41,938 nucleotides of DNA from positions 2,694,077 through 2,736,014 of the forward strand of contig NC_057719.1 in assembly GCF_004010195.1 (NCBI RefSeq), in the 5' to 3' direction. Below, piece by piece: positions 37,265-41,938 of this stretch. The translations under genes and the position numbers were made by a program. The notes beneath the pieces were generated by a model. The model was not told where the DNA came from. It saw only the letters and a program-made list of their open reading frames with translations, and did no database searches. This stretch comes from Chiloscyllium plagiosum. Lineage: Eukaryota. Numbering within the stretch: position 1 is the stretch's first letter; each line of letters opens with the position of its first letter.

Positions 37265-38944
37265 AATTGATGGCTCTGTTGGATTTGTTCTATAATTCCG
37301 ATTTGGGATAAGAGTTGTTGAACTCGAAGGCAGTGAATGGGTAGGTGCTTAGTGTCTTTTGTTCTGGGTATCAATTTTGGTTGGTTTAGACAGTGCTCGG
37401 GATAGCAATTGCTCTTTCAGTCACTAAGAGTTTTCTGGGGGTGGAAGAAGCAACTTTGGGGGTTTTACAAAAGGTGATTAAGGCCAAACTGCTGGAATCA
37501 GGAGACAATCTGGAATTGAAACTGCCTCCTTACATGAGGAAAAAAGAGATAATTACAGCAATAGCTCAGCATTTAAATTTGCTGGAAATACTATCGGAAT
37601 CTTTAGAGATGGCTAAAATTCGCTTTAAAATGAAATAGCTTCAGTTCCCGGCAATAAAAAGGGCAAAAGAAATGAAACTCTTTGAATTACGATGAAAAGC
37701 AAAGGTATGAGAAATAGAACAAAGCAGTTCAGAACAAAAAGAAAAACAAAGAGGAAAGGAATAGAGAGAGTTTGAACTTTAGAAATTGGCACTTGGACAG
37801 GAAAGTCAGCTTAAAAGGATGGAGGTGAAGGCTGAAGGTAAGCTCAATGAGGAAGAGCAGGGAGTTAAAATGACAGTATTAAGAGCTGAAATGGCTGATG
37901 ATTATGAGTTGGTCCATAAATCAAAGTTTGGCTTCAAAAAACAATTTCAATTCATGAGTGATTGAAATTGAGGAAAAGAAAAATCCTCACATGGTAAGGG
38001 AAAGGTAGATCTTGGTGAAGATCATAAGGATATCTTACCAGGAAACCCTTGAAGGAGAAAGAGAAGTTAAAAAAAAACTCCGGTGTTTTCACTGCAATAA
38101 AGTAGGCTACATGAAATCACAGAATTTTGATGGAGTGGTAATGGAAAGCACAGTGGAGGTTAGAAAGCCACAGCAGAATGTACAACCTGGTCTGAAGTTG
38201 TTTAAGGAGGAAGTTTCAGATCTTCTTCAACTATGGAATTGTGAACCTAAAGTTTACTCGCGTAAGCCAGGAGCAGCAGGTGAAAAGTTTACAATATTAA
38301 GAGATACAGGATCTTCTCAATCTTTGATATTGAAAAATGAGGAGGTAATGTACCTCCGATGGACTATTGCCAGAAAAGATGCTCGTAACGGGAATTCAAC
38401 GTGAAAAAAGAGCTCAAAAGAAAAGGGTGAGGTTAGTGTCCAGTGAAGAGTGGAGAAGTTGTGGTAGGAGATCTTGACAAACCTTCAGTTCCAGGAATAT
38501 AATTTGTCCTTATTAATAATATAACTGGTTCACAGGTAGGAGTGCTAACTACCGTGGTTGAAAAGCCAACGGAAACTCAGCAACTGAACTATTAAAGATG
38601 CATTTCCTGGAATTTCCCCTAACTATGTGGTAACGAGGTCACAAAATCACCAACTGAAACAAGGGAAATCAAACAGTACAGATAAGAAAGATGAGGTGGG
38701 ATAAGCAGAGACCCTGTTTGATCAAATAGCTGACACAAAACAGGAGCAAATAGATGACAAAGCAGACATGTTCAGTTCAGAGAAATTAACTGAGTTACAG
38801 CAGAAAGATGAGAAACTAAAGCAATTGTATCAAAAAACAAACATGGAACAAGAATCTAGACGTATTCTTGAATGCTGCTATCTTAAGAATGATGTTTTAA
38901 TGAGGAAATGGAGACCATCATATCTTCAGGCAGATGAGAAATTG

Positions 38945-39425
38945 ATTAGTTTCCATACAGTGTGGAAATAGGCCATTTGGCCCAACAAGTCCACACCGAT
39001 CCTCTGAGGAGAAAGTGAGGTCTGCAGATGCTGGAGATCAGAGCTGAAAATGTGTTGCTGGAAAAGCGCAGCAGGTCAGGCAGCATCCAGGGAACAGGAG
39101 AATCGACATTTCCTGTTCCCTGGATGCTGCCTGACCTGCTGCGCTTTTCCAGCAACACATTTCCACACCGATCCTCTGAAGAGTAACCCATCCACACCTA
39201 TTTCCCTCTGACTAATGCACCTAACACAATGGGCAATTTAGCATGGCCAATTCACCTGACTTGCACATCTTTGGATTGTGGGAGGAAATTGAAGTACCCA
39301 GAGGAAACCCACACAGACACATGGAGAATGCGCAAATTCCACAGATATTCACCCAAGGTGGGAATCAAACCCAGGTCCCTGGCACTGTGAGACAACAGTG
39401 CTAACCATAGAGCCACCGTGCTGTC
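38945..39425 (-). mobile_element. HE1-like SINE in Gypsy pol, split by a pLTR hairpin
   Basis: A box remnant, B box GGTTTGATTCC, body like 9311-9644. Confidence 0.85.
39008..39161. mobile_element. Fold-back pLTR-only insertion
   Basis: 18-bp TSD TCCACACCGATCCTCTGA at 38990-39007 and 39162-39179. Confidence 0.9.
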
Positions 39426-40080
39426 CTCTGTTGCCAGTGGGCCACAGAAAGGAGGTGCTGTGGGTAGCACATGAACTACCAGCAGGGGTTCATTTAGGGG
39501 TAAGAAAAACCCAAGTTAAAATACAAAAACATTTTTACTGGCCCGATTGCACAAGGATGTAGTTGAATTTTGCCAGATATGTCATTATGTCAGGTAATTG
39601 GAAAACCACAGGAGTTAATAAAACCCACACCTTTAATATCTATTCCTGCATTTGAGGAACCTTTTACAAGAGTCTTAAATGATTGTTTGGAACCTCTACC
39701 TAAAACAAAAAATGGGAATCAGTATTTGTTAACAATAATGGATGTGTTCACTAGGTTTCCAGAAGCCATTCCATTATGAAATATCACAGCTAAAAGGATT
39801 GTAGAGGAGTTATTCAAGGAAGTGATGCACAACTTGAGAATAAAATAATTCAAATCTACTGTAGCATCCAGAATTGCAGAGAGCACTAGAAAGGTGGCAT
39901 CAGACATTAATGACCATGTTGAGGGCTAATAGTCAGGGCTATCCAGATGATAGGGAATTCATTTGTACTTTTTGCGATCAGAGATGCACAAAATGAATTG
40001 ACCAGATTCAGTCCATTTGAATTCGTTTTTGGGCATGAAGTGAGCGAACTGCTAAAATTGATTGAGAAGAAATTGGTGAG

Positions 40081-40245
40081 CTGGAAAAGCGCAGCAGGTT
40101 AGGCAGCATCAAAGGAGCAGGAGAATCGACGTTTTGGGCATAAGCCCTTCTTCAGGAATTCCTGATGCTGCCTGATCTGTTGCGCTTTTCCAGCAACACA
40201 TTTTTCAGCTCTGATCTCCAGCATCTGCAGTCCTCACTTTCTCCT
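40081..40245. mobile_element. Fold-back pLTR-only insertion in integrase
   Basis: 14-bp TSD AAGAAATTGGTGAG at 40067-40080 and 40246-40259. Confidence 0.9.
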
Positions 40246-40825
40246 AAGAAATTGGTGAGTCACAATTCAGAGAAAACATATTTGGACTATGTGTCAGATT
40301 TCAGACAACCATTAAATAGAGTGGGGGAGTTGCTAGCTAGCTTTTAAAAGTATCACAGCATACAATGAAACAAGAAGCAGACAAGAAATCAAAAACTCAC
40401 AATTTTGCTATTGGGATAAGGTGTTAGTGTTACTTCGAGTGATAGGTGAACCTTTAAAAGCAAGATTTGGTGAACTTTATCAAGATGAAAGGAGGTTGAT
40501 TGAGGTGAAATATGTGATAAGGACTCCAGACAGAAAGAAATCTCACAGAATGTATCATGTGAATATGATCAGAAAATATTTTGATAGGGAAGGAAAGTAC
40601 AAGGAGACTGTGTTATTGATTACAACATAGAGTAAAGAATTAAGTTCAGAGGATTCTGAATTGGACATTCCTCAGATTAAACTGGACAATGAGCAAGTTA
40701 TCAAAAATTGGGATTTATTATTGAATTGCTTTCCAGAGGAAAATTGAAATGACCTGCAAGAGTTATTACTATCGCATGGGGAGATACATGGAAATAAGCT
40801 GGTAAGTGCTAACTTACTGTATATA

Positions 40826-41938
40826 CTCACCTCAGGGAAAAGACTTTGTCTATTTATCCTATCCATGCCCCTCATAATATTGTAAACCTTTATAATGTCA
40901 CCACTCAGTCTCCGACGCTCCAGGGAAAACAGCCCCAGCCTGTTCAGCCTCTCCCTGTATCTCAAATCCTCCAACCCTGGCAACATCCTTGTAAATCTTT
41001 TCTGAACCCTTTCCAAGTTTCACAACATCTTTCCGATAGGAAGGAGACTAGAATTGCACGCAATATTCCAACAGTGGCTTAACCAATGTCCTTTATAGCC
41101 GCAACATGACCTCCCAACTCCTGTATTCAATGCTCTGACCAATAAAGGAAAGCATACCAAACGCCTTCTTCACTATCCTATCTACCTGCGACTCCACTTT
41201 CAAGAACCTATGAACCTGCACCCCAAGGTCTCTTTGTTCAGCAACACTCCCTAGGACCTTACCACTAAGTGTATAAGTCCTGTAAAGATTTACTTTCCCA
41301 AAATGCAGCACCTCATATTTGTCTGAATTAAACTCCATCTGCCACTTCTCAGCCCATTGGCCCATTTGGTCAAGATCCTGTTGTAATCTGAGGTAACCCT
41401 CCTCTCTGTCCACTACACCTCCAATTTTGGTGTCATCTGCAAACTTGTGCTCGCATCCAAATCACTTATGTAAATGACAAAAAGTAGAGGACCCAGCACC
41501 GATCCTTGTGGCACAGCACTGGTCACAGGCCTCCAGTCTGAAAAACAACCCTCCACCACCACCCTCTGTCTTCTACCTTTGAGCCAGTTTTGTATTCAAA
41601 TGGCTAGTTCTCCCTGTATTCCATGAGATCTAACCTTGCTAATCAGTTCCTATGCTAAATCAGGTTCCTATGGGGAACCTTGTTGAACGCCTTACTGATG
41701 TTCATATAGATCACATCTACTGCTCTGCCCTCATCAATCTTCTTTGTTACTTCTTCAAAAAACTCAATCAAGTTTGTGAGACATGATTTCCCACGGACAA
41801 AGCCATGTTGACTATCCCGAATCAGTCCTTGCCTTTCCAAATACATGTACATCCTGTCCCTCAGGATTCCCTCCAACAACTTGCCCACCACCGAGGTCAG
41901 GCTCACCGGTCTATAGTTCCCTGGCTTGTCTTTACCGC
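40826..41938 (-). mobile_element. CR1 LINE RT region
   Basis: SLTSVVGKLLE, QHGFVRGKSCLTNL, ERVQKRFTRML. Confidence 0.93.

Larger units (their letters stand above)
37265..40825 (+). mobile_element. Decayed Gmr1-like Gypsy internal region (gag, protease, integrase)
   Basis: CFHCNKVG knuckle at 38084, ILRDTGSSQS at about 38300, H..GVHLGVRKT..HFYWP, TIMDVFTRFPEAIP; no RT between protease and integrase. Confidence 0.85.

Noticed and set aside
37265..37286. tRNA-Pro primer binding site
   Set aside because: Too degenerate to assign a primer tRNA

Overview
Repeat-dominated vertebrate DNA with three N-gaps; the tRNA-derived HE1-like SINEs and CR1 LINEs suggest a shark (inference). Contents: (1) the 3' half of a decayed class I endogenous retrovirus (RT/RNase H, integrase, gamma-type env, PPT, 3' LTR; about 560-5577), interrupted by Tx1, CR1 and Penelope insertions; (2) many Penelope-like elements (Neptune- and Poseidon-type) whose termini carry minimal hammerhead ribozyme motifs, including very short fold-back insertions with long target-site duplications (TSDs); (3) a Gypsy element with Gmr1-like PR-IN order and two solo LTRs; (4) many CR1/L2 fragments, SINEs and a MITE; (5) a chain of minus-strand exon-like segments (about 27.7 kb to 6.8 kb) from an unidentified, apparently damaged gene. 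No intact protein-coding gene was recognised. Boundaries without a stated TSD are approximate.
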